Assembly (NCBI RefSeq): GCF_009914755.1
Contig: NC_060945.1
Strand: one strand, 5' to 3'
DNA: 64,000 nt
Source: the human T2T-CHM13v2.0 reference genome, Homo sapiens
Below, in pieces: positions 1 through 14,929 of the stretch (the first letter of the stretch is position 1; every line of letters starts with the position of its first letter). Below the pieces are notes generated by a model that ran no database searches, was not told the DNA's origin, and saw only the letters and a list, made by a program, of their open reading frames with translations. The translations under genes were made by a program, and so were the position numbers.

Positions 1-869
1 GTTTTGCTGCCTTCATCAGCCAGGCTTATATCATTGTAAATTTTTGCTAGTTTGATAAAAGATAATTAGTATTTTGTTTTAATTTTAAGTGCAACATTTT
101 AAAACCCAGTTTCTTCTTACCCCAATGAAATAGTTACTAATTTGATGTCATTTCATTAAAACAAGTCACATTTTGCTGTGAATCTTTTTCCAAATTATTT
201 TCCTAGAATTAATATAATATTTGTCAGGTTTATTTCCTCTTAGAAGATATAGAGATTGCAGCACAGATTTTAATTTTTAATTTGCTAAATAATTCTTTAT
301 AAAGTCTAAGTTGTGACCCTTTTCCCAGATATTTTTAATTCAATAACTATCAAATTTATGAAAATGAAGTTGGTTTTATTAAAGTTTCTACTGACATCAT
401 CTTACTGCATTGGATGTTGATCTCAGTGATTGCGACTATTCTAAGTTGTTAAAAGCCATGTAATCATTATTGGCTCACAAGCAAGCAAATGAGGTAATTG
501 TATTCAAATTGGAAAATTTGCTTCTAGGTAAAGTGTATGCACAGAAAATATAGACAAAGTATTGGCCATTATACTTGACAGACTTTGAAGTGTTGCCATC
601 ACCCAATGAGTTTTCATTGCATACAGAATGAAAGAAAAATTACATCATTTATGTTGTCTTTGGCCGTAGGTAACAGAAAACCCACTTAAACAGCACTAAA
701 TTATGAGACTCATTGGTTGGACTGATGGTTAACCAATTCATATCTGGATAGGAAGAGTAGTTTTTAAAAACTTGAAATACTTTTTCACTGATTGCTAAAA
801 AAAAAAAAGAATAATAGTAACTTCAATAAGTAGTAAAATTAATAAAAAGAAATTAGTAAATAAAATTGC

Positions 870-1355
870 ACCTGCTGCCTGTGGCCACAAGAACTCAGTG
901 ATATATATTAATAAAATTTATTTAGCTTATGGTTTTATGAGATTCAGGTATTTTCGTGTGAGCTCAGCTAATCTCAGCTGGGTTTGTTTCTGTGGCTGCT
1001 GTTAGATACATGCCAGCTAAGGTGTCTTTCCTGATTTGGCTGGCCTTGCTCACATATGTTGGGGCTGGCACTGGCTTTGATAACTGGAGTAATTCAACTC
1101 TGCTCCACCTGTCTCACCTTGTAGAAAGTTAGTCCAAGTATGTTCTCATAGTAAAGGCAGAGGAGCAAGCACATGCCTAGTCATACATGTGTTTTTCAAG
1201 CCTCTGCTTGGACACGCTTACTAATATTCCATTTGTCAGGTCACTTTGTGGGTCCCAGAGACAAAGTGGATGGCACTGCAAAGGTACATGCCCCAAACAC
1301 ACAGATGAATGGAGTGGTGAAGTGGTAAGATCATTGATAACAATCAAGCTACAAT
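870..1355 (-). mobile_element. Old MaLR LTR (MLT1G/H-like)
   Basis: Diverged MLT1-type segments (ctctgctccac..., ctaatattccattt, ...aatcaagctaca); similar element at 33.5-34.0 kb; boundaries approximate. Confidence 0.55.
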
Positions 1356-1953
1356 AAACTTACTGATTCAAGTGAATTGTCATAGGATGCTATTGATAAA
1401 TAGTCCTCTACTTGGAATGAGATCCAAAACATTAGCAGTTCCACTCACCTGGTGTAATCATGTCATGGTAAGAAGCATATGCATTCTCTAAAAAGTGTTC
1501 TATGTTTTAGGAGAATCAACATTTTCATCATCCTTTAGTTAAACAAGCGCCATTGTTTGGAACTACACATACTCATAGGAATTTATTGGGATAATTGAGA
1601 GTTTGAATAGCAATAGATGCCTATGTAATAAACATGAATCTTTAGAATTTGTGAGAGCACAGCAAAAATATAATGAAATAAAATAATAAACTGCCTACTG
1701 GGCCATCTTCTGATGCTAGGTAAAAATCAGAAAGTGGAATATGTTTTGATAATGTCAAGAATTAATATAAAATATAACAAATCATTTTCATTTATTGAAT
1801 AAAAACAATTATTTCAACAAATGTATAAGTAGCTTACCATTGCTTTTAAGCATTAAAATTGCTTAAACTTTGTGTCAATAATAGATGAAAGTGCTTAACA
1901 CATGTATTTCATTAGTATGTTGATCATGTTCCATTAAAGCTCATAGTTGTAAT

Positions 1954-2013
1954 GAGGAAAATTTGCAAACATCAAACAGGGAAAATTGGCAAACATCAAA
2001 GAGGAAAATTGGC
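1954..2013. repeat. ~23-bp tandem repeat, ~2.5 copies (gaggaaaattkgcaaacatcaaa)
   Basis: Units at 1954, 1978 and 2001 read directly. Confidence 0.8.
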
Positions 2014-2170
2014 CTCGCATGGTGGTATGCATCTGTAGTCCTGGAGGCTGAGGCAGTAGGACCACTTGAGCCCAAGGGTTCAGTGCACTGTGATCGCACC
2101 TGTGAATAGCCACTATACTCCAGCCTGGGCAACATAGCAAGCCCCTGTCTTTAAATTAAAAAGAATAAAG
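2011..2170 (+). mobile_element. FAM (fossil Alu monomer, 7SL-derived)
   Basis: Single monomer with the FAM-type segment gtgaatagccactatactccagcctgggcaacatagc and an A-rich tail. Confidence 0.75.
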
Positions 2171-3869
2171 AAGGGGTGGATCATCAATCCTTTCAATTCA
2201 AATGAAATTGAAATTATCAATTCCATTTCATATATCACATCAATCACTTTCACATAATAACGCATTTGAAATAATATCAGCTTTCAAACCTTTTTTAAAG
2301 AATATCAATAAAGAATATAAAAATTTAGAAAGTACCATCCAAACTTCATTTTACATTAGAAATACTCAAGCATTTCTAGATATAAAATATTAATAGTGCA
2401 TAACAAAATAATATTATGTGCATATTATTATAGTCCAGATTTATGTATGACTCACTTGGAAACATACTTTTGGAAACAGTTTATGAAACTTTCCCACTTT
2501 TGGAAAAATGTGTGTATAAAGACTAGAATTTCAATTATCACTGATGAAGCTTCAATTATTTCACGTAAAAGTGATTAATAATTCACTTAAAATGTGAAAT
2601 TCAAGACTGAAAATAGTTTTATGTCTTCTTATTCATCATGGAACTAGAAGAAATACCAGAAATAATAATATATCAATCTTTATTTTCTTTATTCAAGACA
2701 AGTAATTGGCAAATATTTGCATAAAAATCTTATGATATATTTTCATGTAGTTGTGTTAACAAAATCTGAAGGACAGGTTGGAGTTTAGGCTAAACTGTCA
2801 TAAAAGTTTTTGGATATTTTTATTTAGTACCACATTGTTATATTCAATTATTTCTGGGTGAGGTGATAGAAGATGTAAATAAAATTAAATTCCTTTCTTG
2901 ATGGATTTTATACTATTATCATATATTAGATAAACATTAGAATTAAATGATATACTAACTGGCTGGGGGAATTGACCTAATGAAAATTGAGTCATATACC
3001 TCTATTTATAGCCTGATTCACTAGAATAGCAAACACAGTTTGGAAATTTTATCAAATGTTGAATATTCAATAGAAATTGTGAAGTGGAAATAATTAAGAA
3101 ATTGGAAAGTGGACTTTTAAAAAAAGATTTGGGTTTAAATTATTATAGTTTTATAGCTTTCACTACTTTAACTTGAAAAATTTTTGTTAAAGCTGGCAGA
3201 TTAATGCATGATAAAAGTGATTAAGCTTATAAAACTAAATAATGCTGTGAAAGAGAAGATGTAGAAATAAAGGCATATGATTTAACAGTTGAGGCAAAAT
3301 AGTTATAATAAAAAGACTGTTACATACACTTAAATTACGTAAAACTGATATCACAAATGAAATATTTAATAAATTTTATGACCTTTCAATTTATTGGATC
3401 CTGACATTTTTCCAAGTAATATTAGGTAGATTTATAGTTTTAAGATTAACATACCAATAAAATTAGGCTAAGTAATTAAATATGATATTCTAATAAATAT
3501 CTTATGAATTAGTAGTACATGAATTTAATATGTAAAAATCAGAGTATTATAAAAACTAGAAACATTTTGGATATAATTTTTGGTAGTTTACCAGACATGT
3601 AGAGAAGATCCAGTATAATTAATTACATTTTGTGTGTGAAGAAAAATTCCCTACCTGTTTAGACTATATTACATAATAACTAACATTTTTATGAGGAATT
3701 TTTGGAAGGAGTTGATATAGTTTCTTATGTCAAATCATGACTCAAAAAGAGACATTATTTAGCTAGAGGCAGTCACATCAAAGAAAAGATCATAACACTC
3801 TAAACATCAAGAAGCAATTTAGAAGTTATTAGAATGATTTGATGAGTGATATGTACTGTAAGTTATCTA

Positions 3870-4280
<411 letters not shown>

Positions 4281-4289
4281 TTAATATCA

Positions 4290-4700
4290 CTCAGCTTATT
4301 GGCCCCTGTACCTGGAGTCCAGAGACAGGAAGGGACTTGGGGCAGGCTCAAGCCGGCATTTCCACCTGTTTCTCTCTAACCCCTTTGGTTCCGCTCTTCT
4401 CCGTACGGACTTAGTTCTTTAGCAGAAGAGTTCCATATTGGTGGCAAAATGGTTGAAGCAATCCCAGGGGTCATCCTTATGTCATGACGAGCAAAGAAAG
4501 ATTATCTCCTAGCAGCTTTCTGTCCAGAGCAGTTAAACTTCATCCCCATAACTTTGCAAGAAACCGTCGCATCTTGCATCTTGTTCCAGACTGAATCGTG
4601 TGCATGTTCTAAATCTTGTCTCTGTGGTCAAGGAATATCACACACAGTCTGGTATAGGCTGATTTCTTGAACAACTCCTTGCTCAGTCGATGGTATGCTC
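4290..4700 (-). mobile_element. Old MaLR LTR (MLT1K/L-like)
   Basis: GC-richer diverged block with MLT1-like segments (ggtggcaaaatggttg, gactgaatcgtgtgcatgttctaaa). Confidence 0.4.
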
Positions 4701-7700
4701 CCAGGCCTGACAGGTGCAGCCCTGAAGTCTAGGTGATGCAATGAAAGGGGAGTTGAGTCTGGCCTCTGGTCACATCCAGGGCAAACACCCTGAGTTAACA
4801 TGCAATACCTACTGTGGCCCACTATCAGCCTGAACTTCTAGCTGCAACCCTTGCTGCTATATTGCCTGCACGTTAAACCCCGAATCACTCTGAACCAAGT
4901 ATTGTTCACTGAATCAACACAGTAGAATAAAGCCTGTAAACCCCTTTTTCTTCATCACCTCAATCTGGAATGTTTTCTACTTCCAGTGCATCAAAATCCT
5001 ATTGCCCCCTTTTGTCACAAAGTTGACTTTCTTTGTGATCTGAGACTGTATGACATAAAACAACAGATTGACCCTTTAGTTACAAAAAGTTAAGTAATTC
5101 ATTATTCATTGTCTTGGAAAGAGTGAAGATCATTTGAATCTGCAAGGATGGTATGAAATTGCTTGGTTTATTAATGTAAATTGAATTGAGATTTAATTTT
5201 GGTTGTTTCCTTGAGAAAGCAGAAAAATGGTTTTCCTACTAAATGAGTATTTCCTACTAAGTGAGGGAAATTTAGATTGGATCACGTGTGCCTAACATGG
5301 GCTGTTAAATGAGGAACACCTAGAGCTTTGAGAAATATACTGTGAAATGTTAGGATTTTTTTTTTTTTTTTTGAAATTTCACTTGACCGAGATATGGGGC
5401 CTGGGGAGAGTATAAGGAAAGGGCTGTGTCCTCTCCTAGAATGAATTAACTAGGAGTGGGTCACGGAGCTGTTTCTGGACATAGTGCAGTCCATGTTATT
5501 GTCTGATATTCAGATTATTCACAGTAATTTTTTTTAATTAATAACCTTCTTAACTATATATAATTTTTTATCCTTTCCTTCCTATACACACAACACCTAA
5601 TATGGTGTTCCACTTTTCCTTTTCCCCATATAATTGGACAAAACCACGTTGCCTCTGATTCTTCAATATTGGGTGAAATTCAGTCCTCCAATTTTACTCC
5701 AGGTTTGGAAGGACGAGAGACAGGAATCCAGTTTCAAGGGACTAAATGCAGGGCCGACCAAAGCCTCGGAGGCCCTCCCTCTATTAAGTATCTTCTCTGT
5801 TACCCAGTTCTCCAGCAGTTAACTGGTTAACTTGTTAAGATGTAAATCTAAAAGAATCCCTGGGAAAATGGAACAGTGGGAATCTAGGGTTCTAAAATTT
5901 GTATTAGCAAAGGGTCTAAAACTCCTTTGTTTACATTGTCTTAATTATTAAAGAATCCAATAGCATTAAACAGCTTGAGAGAATGTTTGCCCAGGGGAAG
6001 TCTATATTTTTGGCAAGCAATAAAATGTTGAATATAAATGAAAGCTATCCTGAATCCTGGCATATGTGTCTCTACTATGTTATTTGCTTCCAGATTTTTT
6101 CCAAATGGATACTTTTAAACATATTTATCAGAATACTAAACTTATGCATCTCATTTTTTAAATATGTCTTAAAATTTTCCCCTTAGTTGCTAGGGTCTTC
6201 ATAATTATTATTAAATATAATCAATTTTCCAAGAAACACTCTCCAGTTTTGTACTGCCTAAACAACCTTGCATTGTGATCTTTTCTCCTTTTGAATGTAT
6301 TTTCTTGGACTACATTTCCAGAAATAGAATTACTGAATAAATGGTTTGGAAATATTTACAGCTCATAATATGAAATGCCAAAGTTTTTCAAAAAAGAGTT
6401 TAAAACAATTTCTATCTCATAATATAGTATGTATATCAGTTTTGGTTATACTCCACTATTATGCATTACATTTAATTATACTTTCTTTAGTCTTTGTATT
6501 TTACTGTCCCACTTCCAGACTCAAAGAAGATCATAGCCTCCTGGAGAACTAGGAGAGTGTATTTATTACTTTTGTATTTATTTACTTCTCTATAACATTA
6601 GAACAAGGACTAACACATACTAAGTAAACATTAAATGTTTGTTGCATTGATTTGAATTAATCACGGGAATTCTTTTTGCAGTTACAGTAACTGCCAAATT
6701 ACTTCATGTTTTGGTGAATTACTTTATTATGATTTTAGCTTTTTTTCATTAACTGAGACTCGTGTTCCTCTTTTTAGTGCTTTTTTGTTTTTAATGAAAT
6801 GCTTCATGATTTTCTGTGTCATCCTTAAAAGAGGACATGTTTATTTTCTCTGGATTGTGCCAATTTTAAGATATTTTCTGCCAAAGCATGCATCATTTAA
6901 TTTAATTTTACTCTTTCAGTAAGCAATTATATGACTGAGTTTACAGTTAGTATTTGAGATACAATTGAGGTTAAACATTTTTAATGTGTGTTTATTAAAA
7001 TGATATTCTTTATTTAGTGAGTTGTTTGCTCTTGAGTTTGCCCATTTGAATCTGGAGTTTTATTTGTAAAATAATTATAATTAAATTTTAAACTTTTCCT
7101 ATTACATTTTGCTCTAGATGTTTTTTAGCTTTTTTCAATTTTTGTTTATGGCTAAAATTCAGAAATTTCAAAATTTTATAGTCTCATTTGTTTTGAGGGG
7201 AGCAGATACCTCTTTCTCTTAGATAGTTCAAAGGTTATTGACTACTACTTAGCACTGCCACAATAGGCTAAATGTCCAGTTTTATTCTATTTGAGGCATT
7301 CTGGATATTATTAATGCTTTGTATCATGATATATTGCACTTTTAGAGTGTATTTAGGGATGGGATATTATTAGTTTGAGTAGTCCGCTTAGATTTTTTTT
7401 AAACTGGGAAAACAATTATCTATTCATATATTAATTAAAAACATTTTATTTTGATGTATGGGTCAGTTTTTAGTTTTTTCTACTTTTCAATATGATGTAA
7501 TATGTTGATTTTTGTACCATACTCTTTCACCTATTGATTGTTCAGCATATATTTTAATATTTGCTAAGCCTAGTTTCTCCCTTGTTTGAGACTATTCTGA
7601 AATATTTTTTATTAATTAATTATCCAAATAAAATTTGTCACCTGAAGGCTATAGTCCAAAAAAGAGCTTATAATTTTATTTGGGATTTTATTAAACGTTC

Positions 7701-7899
7701 ATATTACTTTGGGAAGGTCCAAAATTATATATGACTGTTTTTCCATCCAGGAGCATGATTATGTGTTTCTACTTATTAGAGAATAAATTTCTTTCCAATA
7801 AAGCTTTATAATTTTTGTAAAGTATGTCCTATATCTCTCATCTATGTTTTCAAGTTAAGATTGCCACTTTAATTACTATTGTGATGAGATACTTTTTAA

Positions 7900-8209
7900 A
7901 TTTTTTTTTATTTTTTTGAGACAGCATCTCACTCTGTCACCCAGGCTAGAGTTCAGTGGCAGATGTCTGCTCACTGCACCCCCACCTCCCCAGTTCAAGT
8001 GATTCTCATGCCTCAGCCTCCCGAGTAGCTGGAATTACAGTCACGTACCAACCCACCATGCCCACCTATTATTTATTTATTTATTTATTTTAGTAGACAG
8101 GGTTTTATCAGGTTGGCCAGGCTGGTCTCAAACTCCTGACCTCAAGTGATCCACCTGTCTCAGCCTCCCAATGTGTTGGGATTACAGATGTGAGCCACAG
8201 CACAAGGCC
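7900..8209 (-). mobile_element. Alu (AluS-like)
   Basis: Full antisense Alu with (attt)n expansion in the middle linker. Confidence 0.9.
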
Positions 8210-8210
8210 T

Positions 8211-8504
<294 letters not shown>

Positions 8505-10199
8505 TGAGTGTTATTATTATTTTTTTAGTGTTATATTGTTATCCTGTCTCATTCATATATTTGATTACATGTAATAGCTCGATTTCTTGAAAATGATATG
8601 CATCTTCTTTTCCTGTAGGTATAAAATTTCCTTTCAGTATATGTTAACAGTTGCTTCAGGGTAGACACTATCATGACAAGTTATCATGAGAATGTCCTTC
8701 CATTGAACAATTGTGGGATTTTTGAGCTAAATTTGCTAGGTCATAATAGATTAGCCTATCATTCTATTCAATCTCATATACCATTTTTTAAAGATCTGCA
8801 ATGAAGCAGAAGGCAAAGTAGCTACAATGAAGTTAGAGGTTTGCTCAAATATTTCATGGCCTTAAGCCAAAATGCTTATGGGAACTCTGTCTGCTGCGGC
8901 AATGCCTACTGACTTCTTGCATTTCCTGAAGGGTGGTTAGAAAGGGATGCCCATCATTTCTTGTGGGTTGGTCAGATTTCCCAACACTTCCTACCTGATG
9001 TAGGTGTCTGGGTATGGTTGGGGTTTGGAGGAATGTTCTCATGATCTAACAGTCAGACTTTCACTTATTTCCCTTTGTGCCATCCAGCTTCTTGTCTTTT
9101 TTTTATCAGCGGTTTCTCTATGCTATGGCACAGCTTATCTAGAACTCTCAAAGCTGAAAAAATTTTGTTGCACAGACTAAAACAGGAAGCTGGGGTTCGA
9201 ATACTTTTGTTTCAGACTTTTTAAAGCAATCTTCCTGTTTTATGCCTTCACCTCCCCACATCCCTACTCCCTGTCCTCTGGAGATAGTGGTTACGTTCGA
9301 TTCCTGAGCCTTTCTGGAGTTTTATGGCACAAATGGACTTATTTATCCTGGCTTCTTTCCAAGAATTCACTTACCTATCTGTTACTATTATTCTATCCAT
9401 AAGTCAGCTTTCAAAATTTTATTGGTCTCATTAGAGTGCTTTTGTTTTCTCATCTTATTTGTCCTTGTAGGCTAATGATTTTATTTTTTTAAACTATCTG
9501 AGTGTCATTTTAGTCAGGTTTGGGGAGGGAGCAGAGGTGCACATGTCTGCCATGTTTTTTAGGAAGTCTCTGTCATGATATATTTTTATACTGTCTGCAG
9601 TGGACAGAGCCAATGAACTCCCTGGCATCAGTTTTTCTGTACTCATTGTTAACAAGACATCAGATTACCAACTATGTGATTTTGGAGGAGTAAGCTGTTA
9701 TTAACCCAAACTAATCATCATCATTGTAGGCGAAGAAGGTGAAATGTTTTCCAGCTCTTGGCTTTATTTTTCCTTGTGGAGGGACCTCAGGTGGAATAAT
9801 GCTCCCCACTTCTCACTCAGTCCTCCTTAAGGAAAAGGAATGACATCTGATTATGAGGTAGAAAAATAAAGTAAGTGTTCTCCAGTCAGTCCCATTTCTT
9901 CTTATTAGGTTTTCTCCCCTCTGCAAGGCAGCTTGGAATAAACTCAGTGGTACAGGCTTTGTCTCGATGAGGGTCTCCAGACATCTATAGTTGAAAAGTG
10001 AGCAAATTCATTTGGCCACGAGCTAAACCATGTTTCCTATCCAGCCAGTCAGTAAAAAGGCTTACATCTCCATAGGTCCATCCCCTGTGTTTTATTTTTC
10101 ACTTGTTTCTAAACTTGGGCAGGAAAGAAAAAGCTATTATATATCTACTTTCATCTCCACCCTTGAAACAAATAAACAAAACCCAGACCAGCAAGTTAA

Positions 10200-11025
10200 T
10201 CCTATTCCTCATGCAGCAATATTTGGTTTAACAGTGGACATGGAGTCTGGGTCTAAGCCATTAGTGCTTAACATTCCTCTGACAATGGCGATCGGTTCAG
10301 GGTTGGGCAGCATCTATGTTGCTTCTGCAAAGTAAAGACCATGACTTTCCTTTGATTTTTTAAACATCAAAACATGTTTATTCTTTCTCTGGATGGTTTT
10401 GTGAGAAGCCATTATACTGGGAAAAACTGCAGCAATTTTGCACCCATGACAAACCCAGCAAGCACATGAAGGACAAATTCTCCTTGGAGGAAGAGCAGAG
10501 GATGGAGACAGAACCCGGATAGAATTCCATGTGAAGTCTACACTACTCCTAGACTTTTCATTTGTGTGGTGTATTAGTCTGTTCTATGCTGTTAATAAAG
10601 ACACATCCAAGACTGGGCAGTTTATAACGGAAAGAGGTTTAATTAACTCACAGCTCTGCAGGGCTGGGGCAGCCTCAGGAAACTTACAATCATGGTGGAA
10701 AGGGAAGCAAACATGTCCTTCTTCACATGGTGGCAGCAAGGAGAAGAATGAGGGCCCAGCAAAGGGGGAAGCCCTGTATAAAACCATCATCTCTCATGAG
10801 AACTAATTCACTATCACAAGAACAAGACAGGGGAAACCACCCCCATGATTCAATTTTCTCTACCTGGTCCCTCCCGCAACATGTGGGGATTATGAGAACT
10901 ACAATTCAAGATGAGATTTGGGTGGGGACACAGCCAAACAATATCATGTGGGTTAACACATTTCTTTCTATGTTTAAACTCACTTGAAGTGGGTTTCTTA
11001 CCATTAAGAGCATCTAATCACTGCA
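10200..11025 (+). mobile_element. Old LTR (LTR16/MLT1-like) split by THE1
   Basis: ctagacttttcatttgtgtgg...ttctttctatgtttaaactcacttgaagtgggtttct resembles an old LTR 3' end continuing across the THE1 insertion. Confidence 0.45.
10570..10946 (-). mobile_element. THE1 (C/D-like) solo LTR
   Basis: tgtattagtc...gggtggggacacagccaaacaatatca termini; exact 5-bp TSD tgtgg at 10565-10569 and 10947-10951. Confidence 0.92.
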
Positions 11026-12031
11026 TTATTGAGTTTGCTTTTCTAGGATTTCTGTAAAATTGTCACATTTTAATTACAAATGAGTTTCCAAACAGTGTTT
11101 CTCAGAACATAAGCGTTATGCCTAGTCTGCTCAAGCAAAATCTCTGCTCTTGGGTTCAGATTTACTTTCACAAGTCAAAATTGGTTTCATCCTGGATTAA
11201 GTTCACCTAGCCTTAAGACAGGATACATGGTAGGCCACATGGCATGAATGGCAACAACGAATCAGAGGAATTAGGAGACTTACTTCATTGCTAAAATGGA
11301 CATAGTCTCAGGAGATGAGACAAGATGAGCATGAGCCACCTCAGTTCATGGAAGCTGCATGCTCTGGTGGCCCTGTCAGCTTTTACACCTTGTAAGATTC
11401 ATAACATTCTCCTCATATTCACATGACTGGCCCTCATTCTCCAGTACAGTAGAATTTCACTGATACTTGTTACTCAGTAAACAATTTCAGCAATGAGGAT
11501 CAAATGTATGGTCTGGAATGTAGTAACAACAGATGAATTCTCTATAATCTAGGGTCTAGTCTGCTCCTGTGACTCCTTTAATTAATATGCAAGAAAGATT
11601 TTAAGAATACCAAATCCTATCAATGAAGTAAGTCTCTTAATTCCTCTGATTTGTTGTTGCCATTCATGCAATGTGGCCTATCATGTATCCTGTCTTAAAG
11701 CTAAGTAAACTTAGTCCAGGCTGAAACCTATTTTGACTTGTAAAAGTCAATCTGAACTCAAGAGCAGAGACTCTGTTTGAGCAGACTAGGCATGGCACTA
11801 ATGTTCTGGGAAACACTGATCGGAAACTCAACTTGTAAGTAAAAATGTAACAAGTCTACAAAAATCCTAGAAAAGCTAACCCAAATCCTCAGCTATCTCT
11901 GAGGCTAACGGTTAAATTATGGACCTACTTTTAACTCTATTCTAAATTAGTATCCTGTGAATATGGACAACAAGAACAATAATATATGTCAGTTATTTAA
12001 GTGACACCAATTAAAGTGCTTTGCATATTAT

Positions 12032-12816
12032 TGTGTAATAAATAATTTGGCTGGCCTTTTTTCCCAGTTCCCGGGAGTTATCTTTTAAAGCCTTAGAATT
12101 CCCTGAGTGACAGGAGAGTTTTTGCTATTCATAGTATGTTCTGATAGGTTATGCCAATGAGGCGACTCATGGTGAGCTCATAGATAGTTTATGCTAACAA
12201 GATGACTCAGGATGGTGTTGACCAATCCAGAGAGACTAACCATGTTTTTAGAGGGTTGGAACTTCGAACCATGTGATATTAGCCTGACCTCCAGGGAGGG
12301 GAGTAGGAACTGGAGATCAAGTTCAATCACATGGCCAGTAATTCAATATATCATGCCCACAAAATAGAACTCCAATAAAAACTTAGACACTGAAGCTCAT
12401 ATGAGTTTCCTTGGGTAACAATGTGTATTGTTACACAACAATGATTGAAAGGTGATGTGTCCTGACTCTGCAGGGAGAGAGGACATCAGAAGCTACACAT
12501 TTGGGACCTTCTCAGGCTTCACCCTATGCACCTCTTTTTGCTGATCCTGATTTGTATTATTTGTGCTATAATAACACTGTAATTATATGTATAGGACTTT
12601 CCTGAATTCTCTGTCACTGTCAGTCTATTAAATGATTGAGCATGAAGAGAGAGTAGGAACCCCTGAGTATTTAGCTTGTTGGTCAGAAGTGCTGGTGGCC
12701 TTGGAACTCATAAGCTTGTGGCTAGTTTCTGAGGTGAGTGAGAGGTCTTGTGAAGGACTGTGCCCTCAGCCTGTGAAGTCTGCCTAACTCTGGCTAGTCC
12801 ATCGCAAGTCACTGCA
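12032..12816 (+). mobile_element. MER21-family LTR inserted in a MIR
   Basis: MER21-type segments (gatagtttatgctaacaagatgactcagg, tccaataaaaact, tttgggaccttctcaggc); MIR-like sequence on both sides. Confidence 0.75.
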
Positions 12817-14929
12817 CACGTATTAATTCAATCAGCTCTATGGTGTGAGTATTTTATTACTCTCATCTTACATACATAGATTAATAAAGATTCATAAATA
12901 ACATTGATAAATTGCTGAATAGTACATTTCATCTCTTCGTTTTATAGGTTATATAATAAATTTATTTTCATATTCTCTCAGAATTTTTACAACAAAAGAA
13001 TTATCTGATTTTTTTCCTTATGTGTCTTTTAGAAATTTAAGTTGTATTGCTGAGTACATTTTACTTCCTTTGGTAGAAACATTTTTATCTTACTTTAAGT
13101 TCTGGGATATCACTTCCTTTTTTAATTTGCTGTGTAATTTTTTCTAAGTCCAAAATTGTTTGGAAGATTTCAAAGGAATACAGTGGAATACATTTAAAGG
13201 CTGCCAGACCTCAATTCAAAAGCTAATGATTATGTTAAACCAATTTACAATTCTTTGGAGCTTCAATTTCCTCATTTCTGAAAATAGAGATAATTATACA
13301 TATATAGAATAATGCTATGAAGAGGTACGAGATAACATATGTAATAAATCCGGAAAATATATTAGGTCAATTTCCCCTTTAGATTCAAACAGCCTCAGGG
13401 TAAGGGCAAGCAATCTACATATTTTTATTAGTATAATTCTTTTAGGGATGATAAAGTTATAGAAAGACATTCACTCTTCTTTCTTCTCTTCCTTGGGGGT
13501 TAATTTTTCAGTGTTTGATATAATCTCAGAGCAGTGTATGTCAGCGTATGGGGATGGGGCAGGGGAGAGAGAGAGAGAGAACTCTTATTTTAAAATAATT
13601 TCCTAACAAGAGAGCTTTTGTAAATACCAGCCTAAATTGTTATTAATGAGACTTTCTTATTTCCAAAAGCCTTCTGAAGAATGTTGTGGTGGTCATGGAT
13701 TCACAGGTCTCCATTTATAGAAAGCAGAGCTAACTAAGGCACGCAAAATGTGTTGCCATGTTTAGGATGAGGCCACACTTCCTATGTGTTGCTCCCAGCC
13801 AATGACTGAGCACAACAAGTCTACTAAGTCAGTCAGCTTCCCTGGAGAAAGGGGACTCTTTGATGGCCATTTTGCTTGAATTCTCCATTCTTAATCTGTG
13901 GTTGCTTTTTTCTCTTTTAGCTTACTATGGAAATGGAAAAGAACTGCTGCTTTGAAAGTTGATATTTAAGTAATTGGGAAAAATTTGAGAACATTTATCT
14001 TTGAAATCCTTTGAAACTATATTATCTAAGGATTTAGTGTTTTTATTTTTGTCAGTAAGTAAGGTCTATGTTTATGTTTTGGTGGGGAAATGCAGTAACA
14101 AGCAGACAGAAAATAACCCTTAATATTCCTCATTCTGAGTTACTGGCACAAGTAAATATTTCACATGCCATCCCTTTCATATAGATATATTAATTTGTGA
14201 GCTATATTAATTCTTGTTATGGTTAACATGACCCTATTTTCTCACCACTTCTGTCAAATTAATAAATATACCTGAAATTTAAATATTGTTCCCTCTATGT
14301 ATTACAGGTTTTTCCCATGATAGTGGGGTTGGAGGGTAAAAATAACCTGTCCTTATCTTTTAGCTAACCCAGGCACAACAGGAATACAACCTTTTACTAC
14401 AGATGTGGGATTGTTCATGTCATCTACTAATGCAAGGTACACAGCTTTTTGACGGCGTTGTTCTAAAAGCAGCTATTTCTATAGCTTTAAATTACATGCT
14501 TAAATTTATATTTTGCAACCTATTAATGTCAGAAGTAAGATAGTATTAATTTCCTCTACGGAATTCTAGATAATTAGCACACTTATATTTCCTCTTATCT
14601 TCCCCTCCTTCCTTCAATGTCATAAATTTTGTTAACATGCTTTAAAATTTGTGCCTCAGTTCGTCTAATTAAAATTATTATTTACCAACTGACTTTTATA
14701 TAGCATATGTCATTCAGTTATGTGAATATTGGCATTTTATATTATAATCATTTTAAATTTTTACCTTTAAAAATTAATTCAATACCTGGTTGCCACTGTA
14801 AATATTTCTTTTTATCACATGGTGAGGCAGACATAAAACATAAGGCATAAGAAATAGGTCATAGCTATTGAGAAGTATCTGCAATAAGTAGTTGATAAGG
14901 GGAACAGAGCTATGGGACCAGGCATGGGG

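Noticed and set aside
8800-9570. Possible HAL1/old L1 5' region
   Set aside because: Only the terminal motif (tctgccatgttttttaggaagtc) is suggestive; too diverged to call
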